A stretch of 33,393 nucleotides of DNA from Armatimonadota bacterium. GTDB lineage: Bacteria > Armatimonadota > Zipacnadia > Zipacnadales > UBA5352. This document shows, one piece after another, positions 25,577 to 33,393 of this stretch. The stretch's first letter is position 1. Every line of letters begins with the position of its first letter. The translations under genes were made by a program, and so were the position numbers. Location: the NCBI GenBank assembly GCA_034722055.1, contig JAYENL010000248.1:1-33393 (forward strand). Direction: 5' to 3'. The notes under the pieces are model-generated. The model did no database searches. It was given only the letters and a program-made list of their open reading frames with translations, and had not been told where the DNA came from.

Positions 25577-27232
25577 ATGCAGCAACGCGCGGCACAACTC
25601 ACGGCGGTTCCTCTTCTGCTTGCCCTGGCTTTATCGGCTCCGGCAGAAGGTGCGCTGCAGGTTCACCTGCTGGGCGCGCCCGCGGATTTGTCCCCTTCTC
25701 CCCAGATCGATGAGGGCGTCGTGCTGGGAGCTCCGGCATCGATCGTGGGCAGGCTCGGCTGCCGCTTCATGAGCGAGGACGGCCACCTGACCATCCTCAC
25801 CCCCGGCGGACGCCGGGTTGTCCTGCAGGAGGACTCCGATGAGCTGCTCGTGGACGGCCAGCGCAGGCGTCTGCCGCGCGAGGCCTTCGTGAGCGGGGAG
25901 CGCCTCATCTGCCCCCTGAGGCCGGTGCTGGAGGCCATAGGCTGCATAGTGAGCATCACCGAGGATTGCGCCACGCTCGACATCTCCGTCCCCGTCGAGA
26001 GCATCGAGGTCTTCGCCGACGAGCAGGGGGCGCGGGTGGCAGTGCGCGCGCCGCTGCGCATCGCGGGGAAGGTGGCGTATCTGGAGGCTCCCGCGCGCTG
26101 GTACGTGGACCTCGGCGGCGCTCGCGTGCATCTGGAGCATTCGGTGACCTACGTGAACCTCGGTGAGGTGCTGCGGGTGCGGTGGGGGCAGTTCGACACG
26201 AGGCCCTCGGTGGCGCGGGTCGTCGCCGATCTGCGCGGCAAGGTCCCGGTGCGCTGGGCGCCGTACGAGAACGGTCTGGGCGGCGAGCTGATCCTTGGCC
26301 AGGTGCAGGGCGACGAGCCGCGCATCGAGCGCCGTGTGCCGAAGGTCACCCGTATGGCGACCACCACGCCCGGGGAGAACACCACCGTGGTCCGGGTGGA
26401 GCTGTCCGATCCCGTGCCGATCAGCTACGACGTGCAGCGCACCCCGCCGCGCGTCTACGTGGAGATGCCGGACGCGGCCCCGGAGATGCCCATCGCGCCG
26501 GTGGCGGCCGAGGGCCCCTTCGTGAAGACCGTGCGGCTCGACGGCCGGGCGGGCCGGCCCGGCGCCACGCTGGAGCTGTCGATGCATCAGCTCGTGCAGT
26601 TCGAGGTCCGCGAGACCGATGATCCGCCGGCGGTGAACGTCATCTTCCGGCGGGAGAGGCTACAGGACCAGCGGATCGTCATCGATCCGGGGCATGGCGG
26701 GCGGGACACGGGGGCGCTCGGGCGGCACCTGCGGGAAAAGGATGTCAACCTGGACGTTGCCAAGCAGGTGGTGAGGCGGCTGCTGGAGGCCGGCGCCCAG
26801 CCGCTGCTCACCCGCGAAAGCGACGTGTTCGTGGACCTCTACGACCGGCCGGAGCTGGCGAACCGCATCGACGCAGACCTCTTCGTGAGCATCCACTGCA
26901 ACGCCATGCCGCGGCCCAACACCGGGTGGGGAACCGAGACCTACTACTACCACGCGCACAGCAAGTGCCTGGGACTGATCATGCAGGCGGAGCTGGTGCG
27001 GACGCTGGACCGCCGCGACAACGGGCTGCGGTGGGCAAACTTCTGCGTGACGCGCGAGAGCGACATGCCGGCGGTGCTGGTGGAGCTGATGTACCTCAAC
27101 ACCGACGAGGAGGAGGCGCTGCTGGCGAAGCCTGAGGTGCGCACCGCCGCGGCAGAGGCCATCGTCGAGGGTCTGCGCCAGTACGTGGAGGGCACCGGCA
27201 GCGTCGCCGAGCGCACCGGGATGGGGATGTGA
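25577..27232 (+). CDS. N-acetylmuramoyl-L-alanine amidase (Amidase_3) with copper-amine-oxidase-N-like and AMIN domains
   Basis: ATG at 25577 after GAGGAG. Signal peptide; AMIN-like motifs LEAPARWYVDL and VRWGQF..VARVVADL; catalytic motifs IVIDPGHGG, EKDVNL, LFVSIHCNA and PAVLVE. Confidence 0.9.
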   Translation: MQQRAAQLTAVPLLLALALSAPAEGALQVHLLGAPADLSPSPQIDEGVVLGAPASIVGRLGCRFMSEDGHLTILTPGGRRVVLQEDSDELLVDGQRRRLPREAFVSGERLICPLRPVLEAIGCIVSITEDCATLDISVPVESIEVFADEQGARVAVRAPLRIAGKVAYLEAPARWYVDLGGARVHLEHSVTYVNLGEVLRVRWGQFDTRPSVARVVADLRGKVPVRWAPYENGLGGELILGQVQGDEPRIERRVPKVTRMATTTPGENTTVVRVELSDPVPISYDVQRTPPRVYVEMPDAAPEMPIAPVAAEGPFVKTVRLDGRAGRPGATLELSMHQLVQFEVRETDDPPAVNVIFRRERLQDQRIVIDPGHGGRDTGALGRHLREKDVNLDVAKQVVRRLLEAGAQPLLTRESDVFVDLYDRPELANRIDADLFVSIHCNAMPRPNTGWGTETYYYHAHSKCLGLIMQAELVRTLDRRDNGLRWANFCVTRESDMPAVLVELMYLNTDEEEALLAKPEVRTAAAEAIVEGLRQYVEGTGSVAERTGMGM

Positions 27233-27417
27233 CACTGACTGGGCACGGGCGCCCGGAGGACCGGCCAACGGCCTGCTGTCCGGAAGTGAGCGTTTGCACC
27301 GCAAGCGCGGCCGTTCCGCCCATAAGCGCCTTCGGGCCCCCCGCCCGAAGGCACTTGTGCATCTCCTCCCGGGGCTACAGCCCTGCCCGCGCGCCAGCAC
27401 CAACCGCTATCTTGCTC

Positions 27418-27461
27418 TGGGAAGCCGCTGCCCCCGCCGGCTTGTGCCGCGAATCGCCACT
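27418..27461 (+). repeat. 44-bp double-hairpin REP-like repeat, degenerate copy C
   Basis: TGGGAAGCCGCTGCCCCCGCCGGCTTGTGCCGCGAATCGCCACT; 37/44 identical to copy A. Confidence 0.7.
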
Positions 27462-27640
27462 CGACTTGGGTCACCTCCGGCAAACGGCGCCGGGGCCATA
27501 ACGGAACGGCAAACAGCCGGCGGGTCTAAAGACGCCGCCGCTCCGGACGACGACGGCTGCGGGCGTGGCGGTCCGCAATCGGCAATCCAACGACGCACCG
27601 GACCACACCGCACTCACTCGGGTGAACATGTGCGCCACGG

Positions 27641-27667
27641 CAAGGACTATCGGCCCGTCAGGTCGAA
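27641..27667 (+). promoter_or_regulatory. Putative sigma-H-like promoter upstream of rph
   Basis: CAAGG-N18-CGAA, 47 nt upstream of the rph start. Confidence 0.4.
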
Positions 27668-27714
27668 CTGGGGCATCGAAGGCTACCGGCAGTCACCTCA
27701 CGGAGGGTCCGACG

Positions 27715-28440
27715 GTGCTGCGAGAGGACGGACGCGAGAACGGGGAGCTGCGCAGGTGTCGCATCACGCGCAACATCAACAAGTACGCCGAGGGCTCCTG
27801 CCTCATCAGCCTGGGCAACACTCGGGTGCACTGCACCGCGTCAGTCGATGACTACCAGCCTCACTGGCTGCGGGATACCGAGGAGGGCTGGGTGACGGCC
27901 GAGTACGCCATGCTCCCGCGGGCCACCGCCGAGCGCACGCGCAGGGCCTCGGACCGGGGCGTCTCCGGCCGCGCCCACGAGATCCAGCGACTGATCGGCC
28001 GCTCGCTGCGCGCCGTTTGCGACACCAAGCGGCTCGGCCCGGTGACCATCCAGCTCGACTGCGACGTGCTGCAGGCCGACGGCGGGACGCGCACGGCATC
28101 GATCACCGGCGCCTGGGTGTGCCTCGCCGACGCCTGCCGGTGGCTGATGGACAAGGGGCGCGTCAAGCGCTGGCCGCTGCCGGGGCAGGTGGCCGCCATC
28201 TCAGCGGGTATCGTCGGCGACGAAGTGCTGCTGGACCTCGCCTACTCTGAGGATGCCCGCGCGGCGGTGGACATGAACCTGGTGATGACAGGCGACGGCA
28301 GGCTCATCGAGGTCCAGGGCACCGCCGAGGGCCAGCCCTTCACCGACGACCAGCTCATGCACATGATCACCCTCGGTCGCGACGGTCTGCAGACGCTTTT
28401 CGACCTGCAGCGGGAGGTGCTTGGTGACGTCCTGCCGTAG
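27715..28440 (+). CDS. rph: Ribonuclease PH
   Basis: GTG at 27715 after GGAGGG. REDGR...LR, AEGSCL, GWVTAEYAMLPRAT, EIQRLIGRSLRA, DCDVLQADGGTRTASITGA, DMNLVM, IEVQGTAE. Confidence 0.96.
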   Translation: MLREDGRENGELRRCRITRNINKYAEGSCLISLGNTRVHCTASVDDYQPHWLRDTEEGWVTAEYAMLPRATAERTRRASDRGVSGRAHEIQRLIGRSLRAVCDTKRLGPVTIQLDCDVLQADGGTRTASITGAWVCLADACRWLMDKGRVKRWPLPGQVAAISAGIVGDEVLLDLAYSEDARAAVDMNLVMTGDGRLIEVQGTAEGQPFTDDQLMHMITLGRDGLQTLFDLQREVLGDVLP

Positions 28441-28454
28441 GACGGCAGGGCGTC

Positions 28455-28489
28455 AGCTACAAGCTGCAAGCAGCAAGCTGCGAGCTACG
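28455..28489 (+). repeat. Heptamer tandem repeat, 5 units (AGCTRCR-like)
   Basis: AGCTACA AGCTGCA AGCAGCA AGCTGCG AGCTACG. Confidence 0.7.
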
Positions 28490-28589
28490 GCAGACGCCGA
28501 GGACGGGACGGCGGCAACGGGTGGACTGCAAGGGCAGGCGCAGACGGATAACGACAAAGATGGCAAAGGGCGGCGGAGGATGAGCGGCG

Positions 28590-29258
28590 GTGCCACGGCG
28601 GCTGATGCTGGCCACCGAGAACGAGCATAAGGTGCGCGAGATCCGCAGCCTGCTGGCTGACCTCGATGTAGTAGTCTCGCACCTGGGCGAGCTCCACGAT
28701 CCGCCGGAGCTGACCGAGACTGGGGAGACCTTCGCCGAGAACGCCCGGCAGAAGGCCTGTGCGGTCGCGCAGGCGACCGGTGAGCTGGCGCTGGCGGACG
28801 ACTCCGGGCTGATGGTGGACACCCTGGGCGGCGAGCCGGGAGTGCGCAGCGCCCGATACGCCGGCGAGGGCGGCAGCCAGCAGGACCTGATCGAGAAGCT
28901 CCTGCGCGAGCTGGGGGGCGTCGAGCCTTGCGACCGCACGGCCCGCTTCGTCTGCGCGCTGTCGCTGTGCGGACCCGAGGGCGAGATCGGACGCTGGGAG
29001 GGCGTCGCGGAGGGGATCATCACCCGCGAGCCGCGCGGCGAGGGCGGCTTCGGCTACGACCCGGTTTTCTACTACCCGCCCAGGCAGATGACCTTGGCGC
29101 AGATGTCCGCCGCCGACAAGAACCAGGTCAGTCACCGCGGGCGGGCGCTGCGGGCCTTCCGCCGCGACCTGCCCGCCATCCTGCAGTCCCACAACGCGCA
29201 GGTCGGGCACTGTAGCCCGACCTCCGCTCCCGACAAGGAGAGACCACCATGGAGCTGA
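28590..29258 (+). CDS. rdgB: Non-canonical purine NTP pyrophosphatase (RdgB/HAM1)
   Basis: LATENEHKVRE, ETGETFAENARQKA, ADDSGL.VD.LGGEPGVRSARY, GFGYDPVF, KNQVSHRGRAL; follows rph, as is common. Confidence 0.94.
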   Translation: MPRRLMLATENEHKVREIRSLLADLDVVVSHLGELHDPPELTETGETFAENARQKACAVAQATGELALADDSGLMVDTLGGEPGVRSARYAGEGGSQQDLIEKLLRELGGVEPCDRTARFVCALSLCGPEGEIGRWEGVAEGIITREPRGEGGFGYDPVFYYPPRQMTLAQMSAADKNQVSHRGRALRAFRRDLPAILQSHNAQVGHCSPTSAPDKERPPWS

Positions 29259-30070
29259 AGCTCTCGGCGCGCGAGTACCTCAGCCGGGGCGACACCTACG
29301 AGGAGAAGATGGCCTCCCTCGTCGATGCTGGCTATGATGCCATCGAGCTGACCGGGCGGCCGGACATCCTGGAGGTGGTGGACGAGCTGGCGGACGCCTC
29401 GCGCAACACCGGCTGCGCGGTAAGCACCATCTGCAGCGGCGGCCGTGGCGCACTGATGGCCGCGGAGCGCGATCAGCGCGATCTGGCCGTGGAGGACCTG
29501 AAGAGCTTCCTGACCGCCGCCGGCCAGCTCGGCGCCACCGGAGTCATCTACGCGCCGCTGATCGCGGTGAAGATGAACCCCGGCGAGTACACCCGCCTGC
29601 CCGACCTCTCCCCGCTGTACGGCCAGGAGGCCCTGGAGATGGCGCTGCTTGTGGCGCTGGCGAGGGAGATCGCCGAGCACGCCGCCGAGCATGACGTCTG
29701 CGTGCTCTGGGAGCCGCTCAACCGCTACGAGCAGTGGTGGTTCAACCGCCTCGAGAACGGCGCGGAGCTGTGTGACCGTGTGGGCAGCGAGGGCTGCCGC
29801 ATCACGGCGGACCTGTTCCACATGTCCATCGAGGAGGACACCATCCCCGGCGCGCTGGAGCAGTACGCCGGGGACTACGTGCGGCACATCCACCTCGCCG
29901 ACAGCAACCGCTTCACACCAGGCCACGGGCACACCGACTTCGCGGCGGCCTTCGCCGTTCTCGAGGAGATCGGCTGGGAGGGCTACATGGCCCTGGAGTG
30001 CCGCCCGCGCGGCGACGCCACCGAGGACCTTCGCCGCGCCGCACAGCTTCTGCGCGAGCAGGCGGGGTGA
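29249..30070 (+). CDS. Sugar phosphate isomerase/epimerase (xylose-isomerase-like TIM barrel)
   Basis: GYDAIEL, EPLNRYE, DLFHMSIEE, HIHLADSNR..PGHGH.DF, GYMALE; SD AAGGAG. Confidence 0.88.
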   Translation: MELKLSAREYLSRGDTYEEKMASLVDAGYDAIELTGRPDILEVVDELADASRNTGCAVSTICSGGRGALMAAERDQRDLAVEDLKSFLTAAGQLGATGVIYAPLIAVKMNPGEYTRLPDLSPLYGQEALEMALLVALAREIAEHAAEHDVCVLWEPLNRYEQWWFNRLENGAELCDRVGSEGCRITADLFHMSIEEDTIPGALEQYAGDYVRHIHLADSNRFTPGHGHTDFAAAFAVLEEIGWEGYMALECRPRGDATEDLRRAAQLLREQAG

Positions 30071-30086
30071 GGGAGGCGGGTTGGCC

Positions 30087-31190
30087 GTGCCTGCCGTCGC
30101 AGCCGACGGCGAGCGGCCGCTGACTATCCTGAGCGTCATCACGCCGGCGCGCTACTCCGGCGCTGAGCGTGCGGCTGTGTACCTTGCTGACGCCCTCGGC
30201 GACCGCGGCCACCGCGTGGTCTTCGCCTGCAAGCGCAACGAGCTGCTGCTGGAGGCGCTGGCCGAGCGCGGAATCGAGGCCCGCGTGCTCCCGATCTCCG
30301 GCAAGGCCAACCTGGCCGCGCCGCTGGTGCTGGCCTGGCACGCCCGGCGGGTGGGGGCCGACCTCATCCATACCCATCTCTCCACCGCCGGCCTGTGGGG
30401 CTCGATAGGGGGGCACATCGCCGGCATCCCCGTGCTGGCCTCCGTGCACGCCCTCAACGCCAAGACCTGCTACATGCTCGCGGACCTCGTCGCCACCTGC
30501 TCGGAGGGCGTCCGAGAGCACCTGCTGGACCAGGGCATGCCGGAGTGGAAGCTGCGAGTGCTCTACAACGGCGTGCAGCTCGAGCGCTTCGAGGGCCTGC
30601 CGTCAGGCGAGCAGATGCGGCGGGAGCTGGGCCTGCCCCCCGACGTGCCGGTCATCGGTGAGGTGGCGCATCTGTCCCCGAAGAAGGGCCAGCGCTACCT
30701 CATCGAAGCCACCGCCATCCTCCGGGAGCGCTACCCGGACCTCATCTGCCTGCTTGTGGGCGAGGGGGATGACGCGCAGGCACTGCGGGACCACGCCCAG
30801 GCTCTGGACGTGGGTGAGGCGGTGCGGCTGCTGGGCTATCGGGGGGACGCGCCGGCGGTGATGCGGGCCATGGACGTGGTGGTGCTTCCCTCGGTGGCGA
30901 AGGAGGGGTTGGGGATCGTGCTCATCGAGGCGGGGCTGATGGACAGGGCTGTGGTGGGTAGCAATGCACCCGGCATCCGTGAGGTCATCGTGGATGGCGA
31001 GACCGGCCTGCTGGCCCCGGTGGCTGACGCTGAGGGCCTGGCCGAGGCCATCGCCACGATCCTCGCAGACCCGGCGCTGGCCTCCCGCATGGGGGAACGT
31101 GGCGGCGAGCGCGCCCGCCGCATGTTCACCATTGAGCGCATGGCCGAGACGGCCGAGGCCATCTACCGCGAGTTGCTGGACGAGGGCTGA
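30087..31190 (+). CDS. Glycosyltransferase family 4 (GT-B)
   Basis: GTG at 30087 (or TTG at 30081) after GAGGGAGG. SGAER, DLIHTH, LYNGV, KKGQRYLIEA, DVVVLPS..EGLGIVLIEA, GIREVIVDGETGLL. Confidence 0.88.
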   Translation: MPAVAADGERPLTILSVITPARYSGAERAAVYLADALGDRGHRVVFACKRNELLLEALAERGIEARVLPISGKANLAAPLVLAWHARRVGADLIHTHLSTAGLWGSIGGHIAGIPVLASVHALNAKTCYMLADLVATCSEGVREHLLDQGMPEWKLRVLYNGVQLERFEGLPSGEQMRRELGLPPDVPVIGEVAHLSPKKGQRYLIEATAILRERYPDLICLLVGEGDDAQALRDHAQALDVGEAVRLLGYRGDAPAVMRAMDVVVLPSVAKEGLGIVLIEAGLMDRAVVGSNAPGIREVIVDGETGLLAPVADAEGLAEAIATILADPALASRMGERGGERARRMFTIERMAETAEAIYRELLDEG

Positions 31191-31374
31191 CGCCCACGCG
31201 GTCACGCTGCACCGCGCTGGGGCTGACTCGGCAGGCCAGCGCGCTGTACGAACATGTTTACAATTGACAGAACGGCAGAGTGGAGGGAGGGAATCTGCAG
31301 AAAGCTGCTCCAGCGAGTCGCGTCCAAGGCGTGCAGTCCCCTGTACTTGCAGAGAAGTGGGGATTCGCCCGGGC

Positions 31375-31415
31375 CGCGTCACGCGCTTGACATAGCGTGA
31401 CGCGCGCGGTATAGT
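31375..31415 (+). promoter_or_regulatory. Consensus-like sigma70 promoter with an overlapping inverted repeat
   Basis: TTGACA (31387-31392)-N17-TATAGT (31410-31415); perfect inverted repeat CGCGTCACGC (31375-31384) / GCGTGACGCG (31395-31404) around the -35. Confidence 0.75.
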
Positions 31416-31553
31416 ACGAGAGAGTATGGGGCGTGGCCCGCGGAGGGGCTGCGTAATAGGGCAGTATCGCTCCGGTGCGGCGGACCTGGCGGAGGACCTT
31501 TCCCCCTTGGTTGCGGAGCTGGGCCGGTCGTGCGGAGGCGGGAGGTGTGTGTG

Positions 31554-32027
31554 TTGGCCGACTTGAACTTCGTTGCACTCACGGGCTTCTCAACGCGCGA
31601 GCCGGCCCTGAGGCAGAAGTCTTCCGGCCAGATCAAAGCAGAATTCAGCTTTGAGGTGGACCGTCCGTTCCTGCGGGCAAGTGGGGAGCCGGTGTCGGAC
31701 CTGTTCCTGGTCGATGCCTGGCAGGAGCTGGGCGAGTGGGTCATGGAGAACGTCAATGCGGGCACTCGCCTGATGATCGTGGGCACCCTCAACAAGGAGA
31801 GCTACAACAGCCACGGCGCCCGCGAGCACATGACCATCGTGAAGGCCAAGTACATTCGGAAGACCAGTGGAAACGTGGCGGAGAAGTGCGACGAGCTGGA
31901 GGGGCTCAAGCGAGACTCGTGGGGTGAGGACCTGCTGCTAACGGCTGTGGAGATGATCGAGGAGGCTATCTGCGACGAGGACGCGCCGGCGACCCTGGAC
32001 ACCATCGAGGCCGCAAGCAGGACGTAG
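31554..32027 (+). CDS. ssb: Single-stranded DNA-binding protein family member (divergent SSB paralog)
   Basis: SD GGAGGTG, start TTG at 31554 (or GTG at 31551). LNFVALTG..TREP.LR, F..EVDRPF, DLFLVDAW..LGE and G..LMIVG.L....Y follow the SSB OB-fold pattern. Confidence 0.7.
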   Translation: MADLNFVALTGFSTREPALRQKSSGQIKAEFSFEVDRPFLRASGEPVSDLFLVDAWQELGEWVMENVNAGTRLMIVGTLNKESYNSHGAREHMTIVKAKYIRKTSGNVAEKCDELEGLKRDSWGEDLLLTAVEMIEEAICDEDAPATLDTIEAASRT

Positions 32028-32060
32028 GCGCATCACGGCGAGCACAGCGATTCTCTATAC

Positions 32061-32092
32061 CGGCAGCCCGGTCCTGGGCTGCCGTCTTCTTT
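32061..32092 (+). terminator. Rho-independent terminator after the ssb-like gene
   Basis: Stem CGGCAGCCC / GGGCTGCCG followed by TCTTCTTT. Confidence 0.7.
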
Positions 32093-32116
32093 GATGCCCG
32101 CCGGGGGTGAGTGACG

Positions 32117-33393
32117 ATGACCTCCATAGATCAGGGCCAGGCCTTCGTGCACCTGTGCTCGGACGGAACCGGCACCCGTATACGGGCGATCGGGGCCGTG
32201 GATGCGGAGACCTCCTGGCCGGCCACCGCAAGGCCAGGGGAGATCGACGCCCGCCTGCTGGACCTGGTGGAGAGCCTGGACGCCGAGCGCATCCTGTCCT
32301 GGGACTGCCGGCTACTGGCGGCGCTGCTGTCGCGGCCTGATGTGACAGAGGCCGCCGCCGGCACCCGGACGCGGCTGCGGGACATCATGGCGGCCGGCCT
32401 CATCGCGCTTCCGACGCTCCGCGACTACTCGCTCCCGGCCGTCGCCCACAGTCTCGGCGTGGCCTCGGCGCAGACGCAGCATGTCATCACGGAGCCGGAG
32501 GTCGGCGCCGAGCTGTGCCGGGAGGTGTCCCGGGCGCTTCCCCGCCGGCTGGCTGAGATGTCGGTGCCCGCGCTGGCGCTGGTGCGGGAGCTGATCGCCG
32601 GCGACGCCGACTTCGCCTGGCTGCCATGGGACGACATCTCCGTCCCGCCCCTGGACGCCGGCGCCCTCGACGTTCTCATGGCCGGGCGGCCGAAGGTCCC
32701 CGCCACGCGCAAGCGCGAGACGGTCGAGCTGGAGCGGCCCCTGGAGGAGCTGTCCGGGGACTTGCTTGGGCCGGAAGGTCCTGTGGCGCAGGTCCTGGAG
32801 GGCTATGAGCAGCGCTCCGGGCAGGTGGAGATGGCCGAGGCGGTGGCGGGCGCGCTCCGGGACGGAGGCGTGCTGATGGTGGAGGCCGGCACCGGTGTGG
32901 GCAAGTCCCTGGCCTACCTGGTGCCCGCCATCCTGTGGTCGCGGGCCAACGCTGAGCCGGTCGTGGTCTCCACCAATACCAAGAACCTGCAGGAGCAGCT
33001 CATCGACAAGGACCTGCCGCTGTTGCGCGAGGCTCTTGCGGTGCCCTTCCACTCCGCGCTGCTGAAGGGCCGGAGCAACTACGTCTGCGCTCGACGGTTT
33101 GTGAGCACCGTTCGCGACGTGCTGGGCTCGATGATGCCCGAGGATCGCAAGGCCGCTGCATATCTGGTCTCCTGGCTGTCCGAGAGCCCCGGCTGCGACC
33201 TCGACGTGATCCCCTCCGAGGCCACGCGCGTCTTCAGCGGCCTGCGCCGGCTGATCGACCGGGTGCGCTCCGAGCGCGCCCTGTGCCTGGGCCCGGGCTG
33301 CCCCCATGCCCGCCGCTGCCCGGTGCGCGTGGCCAGGGCCCTGGCCCGCAACGCCGACATCGTGGTCTCCAACCACGCCCTGACGCTGGCGGA
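32117..33393 (+). CDS. dinG: DinG-family Fe-S helicase with a degenerate N-terminal exonuclease-like domain; 3' end runs off the window
   Basis: Manual translation from ATG at 32117. Q motif GYEQRSGQVEMA, Walker A VEAGTGVGKSLAYLVPA, VVVSTNTKNLQEQL..KDLP, LKGRSNYVC, Fe-S cysteines CLGPGCPHARRC, ADIVVSNHAL. Confidence 0.88.
   Translation, partial: MTSIDQGQAFVHLCSDGTGTRIRAIGAVDAETSWPATARPGEIDARLLDLVESLDAERILSWDCRLLAALLSRPDVTEAAAGTRTRLRDIMAAGLIALPTLRDYSLPAVAHSLGVASAQTQHVITEPEVGAELCREVSRALPRRLAEMSVPALALVRELIAGDADFAWLPWDDISVPPLDAGALDVLMAGRPKVPATRKRETVELERPLEELSGDLLGPEGPVAQVLEGYEQRSGQVEMAEAVAGALRDGGVLMVEAGTGVGKSLAYLVPAILWSRANAEPVVVSTNTKNLQEQLIDKDLPLLREALAVPFHSALLKGRSNYVCARRFVSTVRDVLGSMMPEDRKAAAYLVSWLSESPGCDLDVIPSEATRVFSGLRRLIDRVRSERALCLGPGCPHARRCPVRVARALARNADIVVSNHALTLA

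Noticed and set aside
12261..27461. CRISPR array
   Set aside because: The repeats are dispersed kilobases apart with no regular spacers, and there are no cas genes.
27479..27545. Possible c-di-GMP-I (GEMM) riboswitch (GGCAAAC...GCAAA...GGGTCTAA)
   Set aside because: No GAAA-capped P2 stem and wrong spacing; GGGTCTAAAGAC is better explained as part of a REP-like hairpin. An Rfam scan would settle it.
31245..31262. LexA/SOS box upstream of the ssb-like gene
   Set aside because: GAACATGTTT has a 2-nt spacer rather than the Gram-positive GAAC-N4-GTTC arrangement.
1473..33376. Many long antisense or alternate-frame ORFs (e.g. 1473..3530, 4147..6429, 7214..9853, 14045..16120, 19349..21088, 32312..33376)
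   Set aside because: Typical stop-poor shadows in high-GC coding DNA; they overlap well-supported genes and carry no recognisable motifs.

Overview
GC-rich bacterial chromosomal window; the gene repertoire suggests an Armatimonadota-like organism, which is inference only. The left two-thirds (1-22230) is a dense glycan-foraging region of mostly secreted proteins: three DUF4838-type proteins, a GH33 sialidase, two further sialidase-like/Asp-box proteins, a clan GH-A glycosidase, a ceramidase-fold hydrolase, an SSS symporter, a DUF5107/TPR protein and an orphan sugar-binding protein. The right third is housekeeping: UPF0280/ApbE-like, mtaD, a cell-wall amidase, rph-rdgB, a sugar-phosphate isomerase, a GT4, a divergent SSB and a partial DinG helicase. 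The edge-truncated genes at both ends are missing from the supplied ORF track. The most notable non-coding signals are: (i) a 232-bp non-autonomous IS50/Tn5-like element with 19-bp terminal inverted repeats and a 9-bp target duplication; (ii) a recurring sigma-H-like promoter motif (AGG-N17/18-nGAA) before most transcription units; (iii) a structured, riboswitch-like mtaD leader; (iv) a 44-bp double-hairpin REP-like repeat family; (v) internal Shine-Dalgarno/start sites just after predicted signal peptides in three genes; (vi) an operator-like palindrome around the -35 of the ssb promoter. No rRNA, tRNA or CRISPR array was seen.
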